From positions 113,605-177,604 of the forward strand of contig CAWECD010000013.1 in the NCBI GenBank assembly GCA_963807575.1: a DNA stretch of 64,000 nt. The letters are read 5' to 3'. The notes below the pieces were generated by a model, which had not been told where the DNA came from, searched no databases, and saw only the letters and a list, made by a program, of their open reading frames with translations. This stretch comes from an uncultured Acidimicrobiaceae bacterium. Its GTDB lineage: Bacteria > Actinomycetota > Acidimicrobiia > Acidimicrobiales > Bog-793. The position numbers and the translations under genes are program-made. Of the stretch, positions 16,542 to 24,511 are shown piece after piece (the first letter of the stretch is position 1; every line of letters begins with the position of its first letter).

Positions 16542-19052
16542 ATGTTCAAGCCATCCAGTGCACGGTCGCGAGACGACAAGGCGGACAGGCGCATCACGAT
16601 CCGGTTGGGGACGGCCCTGATCGTCGTTGCCGGCATGCTCCTCGGTCCAATCGCAATAACGGCGTCGGCCGCAGCCACGCCCCATGCCACCACACCGATC
16701 ATGGGCTCCTACGTCTCAGTGACGCCATTTCGCATCACCGACACCAGGCCGAACTCCGGCCAGCCGAACGCGGGCAAGCCCCTTGCCGCCAACTCCACGC
16801 TGAATGTGCAGGTCACGAAGGTGGGCACCGCGCCCATACCCGCCGGAATGGCGGCCGCGGTGCTCAACGTGACCGCGGTCGACCCGACCGCCTCGGGGTT
16901 CCTGACCGTCTTCCCCGAGGGGATCACGATGCCGGTGGTCTCCAACCTCAACTTCCCACCCGGCCTCACAGTGGCGAACCTCGTGACAGTGCCGCTGAGC
17001 TCTTCGGGCATGGTGTCGATCTACAACCACGCCGGCAGCACGAACGTCGTGGTCGACGTGGAGGGCTATTACACGAGCGCTCCTTTGGCCAACGGCAGCG
17101 GGCTGTACAACTCCCTCTCCCCCGTGCGTGTACTTGGCACCCTGGCCTCTGGTACCGAGATCGGGCCGAACACCAACATGCCCGTCACGGTGACAGGGAC
17201 GGCCACCGGAGTCCCCGCCACCGCCACCGCTGTCGTGGTCAACACGACCGCTGCCCACGGGACCAAGTCGAGCTTTCTCACCGTCTACCCGACAGGTGTG
17301 ACCATGCCGACCGCGTCGAACGTCGACTTCCTGGCTGACCACGTGGTCGGCAACCGCGTGACGGTCGGAGTCGGAACCGGGGGCCGGATCGAGATCTACA
17401 ACCACACCGGTACGGTGAACGTGGACGTCGACGTGGACGGCTACTACACCGGCAATGGCGGCACCGGCTCGGCCTTCGTGCCGATCACACCGGTCCGCAT
17501 CACAGACACTCGTGTGTCCAACAACGGCACGCCGATCACTGCGAACACGTCGGAGGATTTCAACCTCTCCACTTCTGCCAGCGGGATCCCCACGGCCGCC
17601 TTGGCCGTCGCCGGGAACTTCGCGGTGATTGCAGGCGACGCCCCTGGCTACCTCACCGTCTATCCGAAGTCCGACACGACCGTGCCAGTCGCGTCCGACG
17701 TGAACTGGGCCGCCAACCAGTCCCCGGCCGTCGCGAACTTCACGGTCGCGGACACGGCCGGTACCGGCAGCGTGGAGCTCTACAACAGCCACGGTGCGAC
17801 GATCAACGTCGTGATCGACGCCTTCGGGTACTTCGCGCGACAGCTCCCCACAAGTCTCACGGTCTCGGAGTCACCGACCAGCGTCACCTACGGCCACGAA
17901 ACGGCGTCGGTCTTCTACGTGACCGTCACGGCCCAATATGGCCAGGTGGTGCCCAACGGCGAGACGGTACCGGTACAGGTCGGCTCTGTCACCTGCACGG
18001 TGACCCTCAAGGGCGGCAAAGGCAATTGCACGATCGCCAACACCGCCCTGGCCCCCGGCTCGTACCCGGTGTCGGCCACCTATGGCGGTGACGCCAGCCT
18101 GAATGGCTCGAGCGGCTCGAGCGGCTCGAAGCTGACCGTGTACAACGAGGCCACGGGCACCTCCGTCTGGAAGTCACCGTCCAGCGTCACCTACGGCGAC
18201 GAATCGGCGTCGGTCTTCCACGTGACCGTCACGACCCACTATGGCCAGGCAGTGCCTTACGGCGAGACGGCGACGGTGGCCGTCGGCTCTACCACCTGCA
18301 AAGCGGTGCTCAGTAGCGGGAAGGGGACTTGCACGACCGCCAGCACCGCGCTCGCCGTCGGCTCCTACGACGTGTCGGCCACCTTTGGTGGTGACGCCAA
18401 CTTGATTGCCTCGAGCGGCTCGAGCGGCTCGAAGCTGACCGTGAACAAGGAAACCACGAGCACGTCCGTCTCGGAGTCACCGACCAGCGTCACCTACGGC
18501 GACGAATCGGCATCGGTCTTCTCCGCCAGCGTCACGACTCACTATGGCGAGGCCGTGCCCAACGGCAAGACCGTGACGGTGCTCGTCGGCTCTGTCAACT
18601 GCACAGCGGTGCTGACGAGTGGCAAGGGGACCTGCACCATCGCCGACACCGCGCTGGCCGTCGGCTTGTACCCGGTGTCGGCCACCTTTGGCGGTGGCGT
18701 CAACCTGATCGGCTCCGGCGGTACGAGCGGCTCCAAGCTGACCGTCAACAAGGACGCCACGGTCACCACGGTCTCGGAACTGCCGACCAGCGTCACCTAC
18801 GGCGACGAATCGGCTTCGGTCTTCTCCGCGGATGTCACGACCCACTATGGAGAGGCAGTGCCCGACAGCGAGACAGTGACGGTGCAGGTCGGCTCCACCA
18901 CCTGCACAGCAACGCTCAAGGGCGGAAAAGGGACTTGCACGATCGCCAACACCGCGCTGGCCGTCGGCTCCTACGACGTGTCGGCCACCTATGGCGGTGA
19001 CGCCAACCTGATCGACTCCAGCGGCACGAGCGGCTCGAAGCTGACCGTGTGA
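16542..19052 (+). CDS. Large secreted repeat protein, paralogue 1 (4 N-terminal ~105-aa repeats + 4 Ig-like repeats)
   Basis: 836 aa with signal peptide RRITIRLGTALIVVAGMLLGPIAITASAAA. It has four repeats of the pattern RITDTR...NVTAV...GFLTVFP...SNLNF...VANLVTV...IYNH.G..NVVVDVEGYYT. These are followed by four ~101-aa repeats (SPTSVTYGDESASVF.V.VTTHYG..VP.GETV.V.VGS..C...L..GKGTCT...TALAVGSY.VSATYGGD) resembling bacterial Ig-like group 3 domains. Confidence 0.85.
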   Translation: MFKPSSARSRDDKADRRITIRLGTALIVVAGMLLGPIAITASAAATPHATTPIMGSYVSVTPFRITDTRPNSGQPNAGKPLAANSTLNVQVTKVGTAPIPAGMAAAVLNVTAVDPTASGFLTVFPEGITMPVVSNLNFPPGLTVANLVTVPLSSSGMVSIYNHAGSTNVVVDVEGYYTSAPLANGSGLYNSLSPVRVLGTLASGTEIGPNTNMPVTVTGTATGVPATATAVVVNTTAAHGTKSSFLTVYPTGVTMPTASNVDFLADHVVGNRVTVGVGTGGRIEIYNHTGTVNVDVDVDGYYTGNGGTGSAFVPITPVRITDTRVSNNGTPITANTSEDFNLSTSASGIPTAALAVAGNFAVIAGDAPGYLTVYPKSDTTVPVASDVNWAANQSPAVANFTVADTAGTGSVELYNSHGATINVVIDAFGYFARQLPTSLTVSESPTSVTYGHETASVFYVTVTAQYGQVVPNGETVPVQVGSVTCTVTLKGGKGNCTIANTALAPGSYPVSATYGGDASLNGSSGSSGSKLTVYNEATGTSVWKSPSSVTYGDESASVFHVTVTTHYGQAVPYGETATVAVGSTTCKAVLSSGKGTCTTASTALAVGSYDVSATFGGDANLIASSGSSGSKLTVNKETTSTSVSESPTSVTYGDESASVFSASVTTHYGEAVPNGKTVTVLVGSVNCTAVLTSGKGTCTIADTALAVGLYPVSATFGGGVNLIGSGGTSGSKLTVNKDATVTTVSELPTSVTYGDESASVFSADVTTHYGEAVPDSETVTVQVGSTTCTATLKGGKGTCTIANTALAVGSYDVSATYGGDANLIDSSGTSGSKLTV
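17866..19049 (+). repeat. Four tandem ~300-303-bp coding repeats (Ig-like domains of paralogue 1)
   Basis: The string cc(g/a)(a/t)ccagcgtcacctacggc recurs near 17875, 18178, 18480 and 18783. The repeats are in frame within the CDS. Confidence 0.8.
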
Positions 19053-19099
19053 ACAGGTCATCTCACCGACGCCGCCTCTTCGCAAGACGGACGACTGGA

Positions 19100-19417
19100 T
19101 CAGACAGCGGTCTCGAGGCCTCGTTGAAGTTCAGGACGAGCTTTGGTGTCGACGAGCACTGAGAGCAGCTCACCGATCGTCTGGTCCCGGACGACGCCCT
19201 TTCGCAAAGGTACGTGAGCCTGGATCCGGTATCGGTTGCGACGGCCCTCTTTCTCCTTTGAGACGTAGCCGGCGGAGGTCAAGTCGGTGACGATGCCGAA
19301 GACACTGCGCTCGGTGATGCCCAAGATCGCAGCGATGTCGCGCAGACGCACTCCGGGATCGTGTGCGATGCAGACGAGGACCCGGGCGTGATTGGTGAGA
19401 AAGCTCCATTCTCCCAT
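19100..19417 (-). CDS. Winged-helix HTH transcriptional regulator (MarR/ArsR-like)
   Basis: 105 aa. FLTNHARVLVCIAHDPGVRLRDIAAILGITERSVFGIVTDLTSAGYVSKEKEGRRNRY is a classic wHTH pattern. It is divergent from the 19537 gene. Confidence 0.75.
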   Translation of the reverse strand: MGEWSFLTNHARVLVCIAHDPGVRLRDIAAILGITERSVFGIVTDLTSAGYVSKEKEGRRNRYRIQAHVPLRKGVVRDQTIGELLSVLVDTKARPELQRGLETAV

Positions 19418-19446
19418 GGAGGCAGTTTAGCATATCCTGAAATAAA

Positions 19447-19475
19447 TTGCTAGTCACAGATAACTAGAGTACAAT
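19447..19475 (+). promoter_or_regulatory. Putative promoter TTGCTA-N17-TACAAT with CTAGT-N8-ACTAG inverted repeat (candidate operator)
   Basis: The -35 is 19447-19452 and the -10 is 19470-19475. It lies in the divergent intergenic region between the HTH regulator and the small membrane protein gene. Confidence 0.5.
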
Positions 19476-19536
19476 GACAATGTCGTCGCCGGCCGAATCT
19501 GGCTGAGAGCTACGGCACAAGAGGGAGGCACAAGCA

Positions 19537-19809
19537 ATGGGAATGGGTCGGACGGGAATGTTCTTCAGCGTCCTCGCAGTCGCGGCGGGCGCTGTCATGT
19601 ACTGGGGGGTGACTTCCCAAGGTCACGGGTTCCGGCTTTCCACGGTGGGGGTAATCCTCATGGTCCTCGGGGCCGTCGGCCTTGTCGCCTCGGGGATTGT
19701 CTTTGCGACGTCACGTCGTCCGGTGGGCAGCGGTACGCGCACCTTCGACCGCGAAGCAGTCGACGCGCAGGGTCACTCGACACAAGTGCACGAAGAGGTG
19801 CACAGCTAA
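19537..19809 (+). CDS. Small two-TM membrane protein (DUF6458-like by recall)
   Basis: 90 aa with RBS GAGGGAGG upstream and two hydrophobic helices (MFFSVLAVAAGAVMYWGV, VGVILMVLGAVGLVASGIVFA). Confidence 0.6.
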   Translation: MGMGRTGMFFSVLAVAAGAVMYWGVTSQGHGFRLSTVGVILMVLGAVGLVASGIVFATSRRPVGSGTRTFDREAVDAQGHSTQVHEEVHS

Positions 19810-19886
19810 CCCGGCCGGAGCTCGGCAGCGGGCGACAATCCGGCCTGACCACGTGACACTCGACGCTTCAACAAAGGAGGCTCCAA

Positions 19887-19964
19887 ATGATTCACCGATT
19901 GACTGGCCTGGCTGTGCTCTGCCTGGTCGTTGTCTGCATACTCGTACTGCTGAAGGTCGTGTGA
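19887..19964 (+). CDS. Candidate 25-aa hydrophobic micropeptide
   Basis: The ATG at 19887 is preceded by AAAGGAGG at 6-nt spacing. The product is MIHRLTGLAVLCLVVVCILVLLKVV, one TM-length helix. It is too short for the ORF track. Confidence 0.35.
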   Translation: MIHRLTGLAVLCLVVVCILVLLKVV

Positions 19965-19983
19965 TCACCTGAGCCGTCAGGGC

Positions 19984-22566
19984 CTACCCGATGACGAACC
20001 ACGCAATCTGAACGGGGACGGTCACGGGCCCGGTCAGATAGATCGTGAAGGCGTCGGCTGTCGCGTCCGGCACGACGGCTGCGACCCCGATGCTGAAGGC
20101 GTCCCCGGTACCGGGGGGAACGTAGACCTGCGGAGTGGCAAAGATCAGGCTCGATGCGCTGAGAGAGACCCCGGCAACGGTCACCCCCGACTCGGGATTG
20201 GCAACGCTTCCCGCGACCAGAGCGCTCCCGCTTCGTGAGAAAGTGGCAATTCCCTGGACTTGGAGGGCCGGGCCGGAGGTGCTCTCAGCCAACACGCCGA
20301 CCCCGGTCCCACTCGAGCCCTGCACGCCGATGCCGGCGGCCGGGGAGCTGCCGGAGACGCCAATGCCGCCTTCTGCACTCGTGTTGACGCCTTCGACGCC
20401 GCTCTTGTTGGCCACCGAGGCTTGGCCGTACACCGCGGTGCCGTTCTGCGAGGTTCCCTGGACGCCGTAGCCACCGGCCGTGCTTGTGTCGACGCCTTCG
20501 ACGCCGCTCTTGCCGGCCGCCGTGGTCAGGCCGTAGGCACCGGTCCCGTTGGTCGAGCTCCCGTAGGTCCCGTATCCACCGTCCTTGCTCGTGTCGACGC
20601 CTTCGACTCCGCTCTGACCATCAGTCGCGGTGGTGCCGTAGACGCCGGTGCCGTTGGTCGAGCTCCCCTGGACGCCGTAGCCACCGCCCGGGCTCGTGTT
20701 GACGCCTTCGACGCCGCTCTTTCCGGCCGCGGAGGTCTGGCCGTAGACACCGGTACCTTCGTTAGAGGCTCCGTAGGCGCCGGTACCGTTGATCGAGCTC
20801 CCGTAGGTGCCGTAACCACCGGCTGAACTGTTGTCGACGCCTTGGACCCCACTCTTGCCGGCCGCCGAAGTCTGGCCGTGAGCGCCGGTGCCGTTCTCTG
20901 AGGTTCCCTGGACGCCGTAGCCACCGCCCGAGCTCGTGTCGACGCCTTTCACGCCGCTCTTGCCGGTCGCCAAGGTCTGGCCGTAGGCGCCAAAGCCGTT
21001 GGTCGAGTCCCCGAAGATGCCATAGCCGCCCAACTTGCTCGCGTCGACGCCTTCGACGGCGCTCTTGTTCGCCGCCAGGGTCTGGCCGTACACGGCGATG
21101 CCGTTCTCTGAACTTCCCTGGACGCCGTAGCCGCCCAACTTGCTCGTGTCGACGCCTTCGACGCCGCTCTTGCCGGACGCCGAGGTCTGGCCGTGAGTGC
21201 CGGTGCCGTTCTCCGAGGTCCCTTGTACGCCGTAGCCACCGCCTGGGCTCGTGTCCACGCCCTTGACACCACTCTTGCCGGTCGCCGCGGTCTGGCCGTG
21301 CGCGCCGGTGCCATTGGTCGAGCTCCCGAAGGTACCGTTGCCTCCTTCCTTGCTCGTGTCGACGCCTTCGACCCCGCTCTTGCCATTGGCCGTGGTGGTG
21401 CCGTAGACACCGGTACCGTTCTCCGAGACTCCCTGGACGCCGTAGCCGCCGTCGGGGCTCGAGTTGACGCCTCTGACGCCGCTCTTACCGGCCGCCGAGG
21501 TGCGGCCGTAGACACCGGTACCTCCGCCGGAGCCACCGTAGACGCCGGTACCTCCGCCGGAGGAACCGTAGACGCCGGTACCGTTCGTCGAGTCGCCGAA
21601 GGTGCCGTAGCCGCCCGTCTTGCTCGTGTCGACGCCTTTGACGCCGCTCTTGCCGTCTGTCAGGGTCTGGCCGTAGACGCCGGTGCCGTTCTCCGAGGTT
21701 CCCTGGACGCCGTAGCCGCCCTTCTTGCTCGCGTCGACGCCTGCGACACCGCTCTTGCCATCCGCCGAGGTCTCGCCGTAGGCACCGGTCCCGTTCTCCG
21801 AGGTTCCCTGGACGCCGTAGCCACCGAGCCTGCTCGTGTCGGAGCCTTCGACGCCGCTCTTGCCATTCCCCGAGGTTTCTCCGTAGGCACCCGTACCGTT
21901 GATCGAGCTCCCGTAGGTGCCGAAGCCGCCCGCCTTGCTCGCGTCGACGCCTTCGACGCCGTTTAGGCCGGCCGCCGAGGTCTCGCCGTAGGCACCGGTC
22001 CCGTTGGTCGAGTTCCCGTAGGTGCCGTAACCACCTCCTTTGCTCGTGTCGATGCCTGCGACGCCACTACGGTTTGCCGCCGAGGTCTCGCCCTGGACGC
22101 CGGTGCCGTTCTCCGAGGTTCCTTGCACGCCATAGCCACCGCTCGCGCTCTTGTCGACGCCTTCGACGCCGCTCTTGTCATCCGCCGAGGTCAGGCCGTA
22201 AGCGCCGATCCCGTGCGCCGAGAGCCCGGAGGTACCATGGCCGCCGCCCGAACTGGTGTCGACGCCTTCGACGCCGCTGCCGTTCGTCTCCGAGGTCATG
22301 CCCTCGAGGCCAGAGCCGCTGGTGGTCGTGACTACGGTTGTGGCGGTAGCCGAGTTCCTCGTGCCGAGAACGACGGCATCGTTCGAGGCCCCGCTCGAGG
22401 CTCCGCTAGGGTCCACGCCGGCGACGAGGCCGGCGGTGATCCCTACCCCGGTCGCCGCCGCCCCGAGCATGAGCGCGCGCCGACCGTAACGTGCCGCGCC
22501 ATTCGCAGATGCCTCACGGTCCTTTTCGGGTACAGCCCCAAGATCGTCAGGGGGTCGCTCGTTCAC
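19984..22566 (-). CDS. TAT-signal secreted Gly/Thr/Ser-rich tandem-repeat protein
   Basis: 860 aa. The N-terminus has a twin-arginine context (YGRRALMLGAAATGVGITAG). About 19 tandem copies of a 35-aa unit follow (GVEGVDTSK.GGYGVQGTSENGTGVYGQTSAAGKS), then a non-repetitive ~110-aa C-terminal domain. Confidence 0.8.
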   Translation of the reverse strand: MNERPPDDLGAVPEKDREASANGAARYGRRALMLGAAATGVGITAGLVAGVDPSGASSGASNDAVVLGTRNSATATTVVTTTSGSGLEGMTSETNGSGVEGVDTSSGGGHGTSGLSAHGIGAYGLTSADDKSGVEGVDKSASGGYGVQGTSENGTGVQGETSAANRSGVAGIDTSKGGGYGTYGNSTNGTGAYGETSAAGLNGVEGVDASKAGGFGTYGSSINGTGAYGETSGNGKSGVEGSDTSRLGGYGVQGTSENGTGAYGETSADGKSGVAGVDASKKGGYGVQGTSENGTGVYGQTLTDGKSGVKGVDTSKTGGYGTFGDSTNGTGVYGSSGGGTGVYGGSGGGTGVYGRTSAAGKSGVRGVNSSPDGGYGVQGVSENGTGVYGTTTANGKSGVEGVDTSKEGGNGTFGSSTNGTGAHGQTAATGKSGVKGVDTSPGGGYGVQGTSENGTGTHGQTSASGKSGVEGVDTSKLGGYGVQGSSENGIAVYGQTLAANKSAVEGVDASKLGGYGIFGDSTNGFGAYGQTLATGKSGVKGVDTSSGGGYGVQGTSENGTGAHGQTSAAGKSGVQGVDNSSAGGYGTYGSSINGTGAYGASNEGTGVYGQTSAAGKSGVEGVNTSPGGGYGVQGSSTNGTGVYGTTATDGQSGVEGVDTSKDGGYGTYGSSTNGTGAYGLTTAAGKSGVEGVDTSTAGGYGVQGTSQNGTAVYGQASVANKSGVEGVNTSAEGGIGVSGSSPAAGIGVQGSSGTGVGVLAESTSGPALQVQGIATFSRSGSALVAGSVANPESGVTVAGVSLSASSLIFATPQVYVPPGTGDAFSIGVAAVVPDATADAFTIYLTGPVTVPVQIAWFVIG
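20330..22280 (-). repeat. ~105-bp in-frame tandem coding repeat array
   Basis: The DNA is visibly periodic (gtcgacgccttcgacgccgctcttgcc... recurs about every 105 bp). It corresponds to the 35-aa protein repeat. Confidence 0.8.
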
Positions 22567-22638
22567 TTGAATGTCCTTTCGCTCCTTGGGTCATTGGGTG
22601 GTACCAGTCGATGTCGTTGCCCACCAGGTGGGCGTGGT

Positions 22639-23280
22639 TCAGCCTGCAGCAGAAACGCCCGCGGCGGTGTCAGCGACGGACGTCGCAGTCACGGTCCCGT
22701 TCTTCGCCGTCGTGCCCTGCACGATCACGGTGTCGCCCGGCTGCATCGCGGATGCCGTGCTCTTGGCCTCGCGGGTATAGGTCGTGGACTTCCCGAGTGT
22801 GACCTTGACCAGGCCACCAGTCGCCGTCGTGACATAGAGGGTGTTGCCCTCGATGGTCGTCACGATGCCGGCGGCGGCACTCGTGGTCGCCACCCCAGGA
22901 AAGCTGCCCCGGGTGACGCCGGAGAAGCCCGACGAGCCGAACAGCCTTGCGAAGCTCGACGCGCCACTTGAAGCGCCTGTCGTCCCATGGGCGCGCTGCA
23001 AAGCAGCCCCGCCCCAGAGCCCACCGGCACCGATGAGAAGGGCGACCAGCACCGCCGTCGGGTACTTGAGGCGTAGGCCCGATCGAGGGCTCCGGATCGG
23101 CCATTCGTCGTCGGCAAGATCGCCTTCGTCGTCGCCGAGCTGTCCCGCTGACGGCGGTGGAACAGTTGGCTCCCAAGGGACCGTGACGACTTCGACCGGC
23201 TCGGTGACCACCGCGACCGGCTCGGTGGCGGCACCGCTGACCGGGGAAACCTGCTCGTCGGAAGTCGGGTCGTCTGGCAT
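22639..23280 (-). CDS. Membrane-anchored protein with DUF5666-like C-terminal domain
   Basis: I chose the ATG at 23280, 6 nt after GGGGAG. The track start is 23340. It has an acidic/Pro N-terminus, one TM helix (YPTAVLVALLIGAGGLWGGAAL) and a C-terminal GIVTTIEGNTLYVTTATGGLVKVTLGKSTTYT...GDTVIVQGT...GTVTATSV pattern. Confidence 0.55.
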   Translation of the reverse strand: MPDDPTSDEQVSPVSGAATEPVAVVTEPVEVVTVPWEPTVPPPSAGQLGDDEGDLADDEWPIRSPRSGLRLKYPTAVLVALLIGAGGLWGGAALQRAHGTTGASSGASSFARLFGSSGFSGVTRGSFPGVATTSAAAGIVTTIEGNTLYVTTATGGLVKVTLGKSTTYTREAKSTASAMQPGDTVIVQGTTAKNGTVTATSVADTAAGVSAAG

Positions 23281-23296
23281 GGATGCTCCCCTGTCC

Positions 23297-24511
23297 TCAC
23301 TCATAGCGGAGGGCGTCGATAGGTCGCAGTGACGCGGCACGGTTGGCGGGGTAGAAGCCGAAGAACACTCCCACGGCGATCGACACGCAAAAAGCGAGCA
23401 CGATCGAATATGGGGCTATGACGGGCTGAACGCCGGCTATCTTGAACCGGCTGCCCACCACGCCGATGACGACGCCGATGGTTCCCCCGATCAAGGAAAG
23501 TAAGACCGCTTCAAACAGGAACTGGGCGAGGATCGCCGACTTCGGAGCACCGATCGCCTTGCGGATCCCGATCTCGTGGGTGCGCTCGGTAACGGTCACG
23601 AGCATGATGTTCATGACCCCGATACCCCCGACAAGCAACGAGATGGCGGCTACGGCGGCGAGCAGCACGGTGAACGTGCTCGAGGTCGACTCCACCGTGG
23701 AGAGCAGGGTCGCCTGGTTCAGCACCTGGAACGGCAGGTCTGCAACTGTCGTGTCGTTCTGCGCCGCGAGGACGTTCTCGACTTCGGCCTCGGCGAGGTT
23801 CAGCGTCGAGGCGGACCTACCCTGAACGATGAGCTCGCTGAACGACTGGGAATAGCCCGTCAAGTGGTCCTCGACGGCGGTGTAGGGCGCAATGACCACG
23901 GCGTCCTGGTTCGTCAGCCCACTCGTGCCCTTCGATGCCAGCACGCCGACGATCTCGAAGTTGGTCGAGCCGATCATGATCGTCGCACCGAGAGGGTTCT
24001 CGCCGGTCGTGAACAGGTTGCTTGCGACATCAGCGCCGATGTCGACGACCTGGGCGTGCGAGGTGACGTCCTGGCTCGAGATCGCGCTACCGGCCTGGAC
24101 GGTGTAGTCCTCTGCAGTCAGGTAAGAGGGAGTCGACCCCTCAACGGTCGTGGTGTACGTGGCCGTTCCATAGGTAGCCGTCTCGCTGGTGGACACGACC
24201 GGGGAGACCGACTTCACATCCGGGGCGTTGTTCGGGTTCTCCAACGCGTTGACGTCCGCGATCGTCAACGACGCCACCTGGCTCTGGGTGCCGCTTGACC
24301 TTCCGAAGCGACCGGTGTTGAAGACCGTCAGGGTGTTCGTCCCGAGCTGGTTGATCCGGCTCTCGACGGCCTGAGACGATCCCGTCCCGACCGCCACCAG
24401 AATGATGACGGCCGAGACACCGATCAGCACGCCGAGGGTCGTGAGCGCCGAGCGGAGCTTGTTCGAGCTGATCCCGCCGATGGCGACCCGGAGGTTGTCG
24501 AAGATGTTCAA
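23297..24511 (-). CDS. MacB/FtsX-type ABC transporter permease
   Basis: 404 aa. The N-terminus NLRVAIGGISSNKLRSALTTLGVLIGVSAVI is followed by a large extracytoplasmic domain and a C-terminal FtsX 3-TM bundle (RTHEIGIRKAIGA motif). Confidence 0.9.
   Translation of the reverse strand: MNIFDNLRVAIGGISSNKLRSALTTLGVLIGVSAVIILVAVGTGSSQAVESRINQLGTNTLTVFNTGRFGRSSGTQSQVASLTIADVNALENPNNAPDVKSVSPVVSTSETATYGTATYTTTVEGSTPSYLTAEDYTVQAGSAISSQDVTSHAQVVDIGADVASNLFTTGENPLGATIMIGSTNFEIVGVLASKGTSGLTNQDAVVIAPYTAVEDHLTGYSQSFSELIVQGRSASTLNLAEAEVENVLAAQNDTTVADLPFQVLNQATLLSTVESTSSTFTVLLAAVAAISLLVGGIGVMNIMLVTVTERTHEIGIRKAIGAPKSAILAQFLFEAVLLSLIGGTIGVVIGVVGSRFKIAGVQPVIAPYSIVLAFCVSIAVGVFFGFYPANRAASLRPIDALRYE

Noticed and set aside
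16716-17792. 358-aa minus-strand ORF, with similar ones at 30674..31264 and 35567..36178
   Set aside because: They are antisense to the N-terminal repeat modules of the three secreted paralogues. The products are Arg/Gly/His-rich and lack a start context.
20330-22280. Regular ~105-bp periodicity that could be mistaken for a CRISPR-like or satellite array; the same question applies to 39938..40402 and 26687..26818
   Set aside because: There is no alternation of conserved repeats with unique spacers. All three arrays are in frame inside long CDSs and translate into sensible protein repeats. No cas genes are present.
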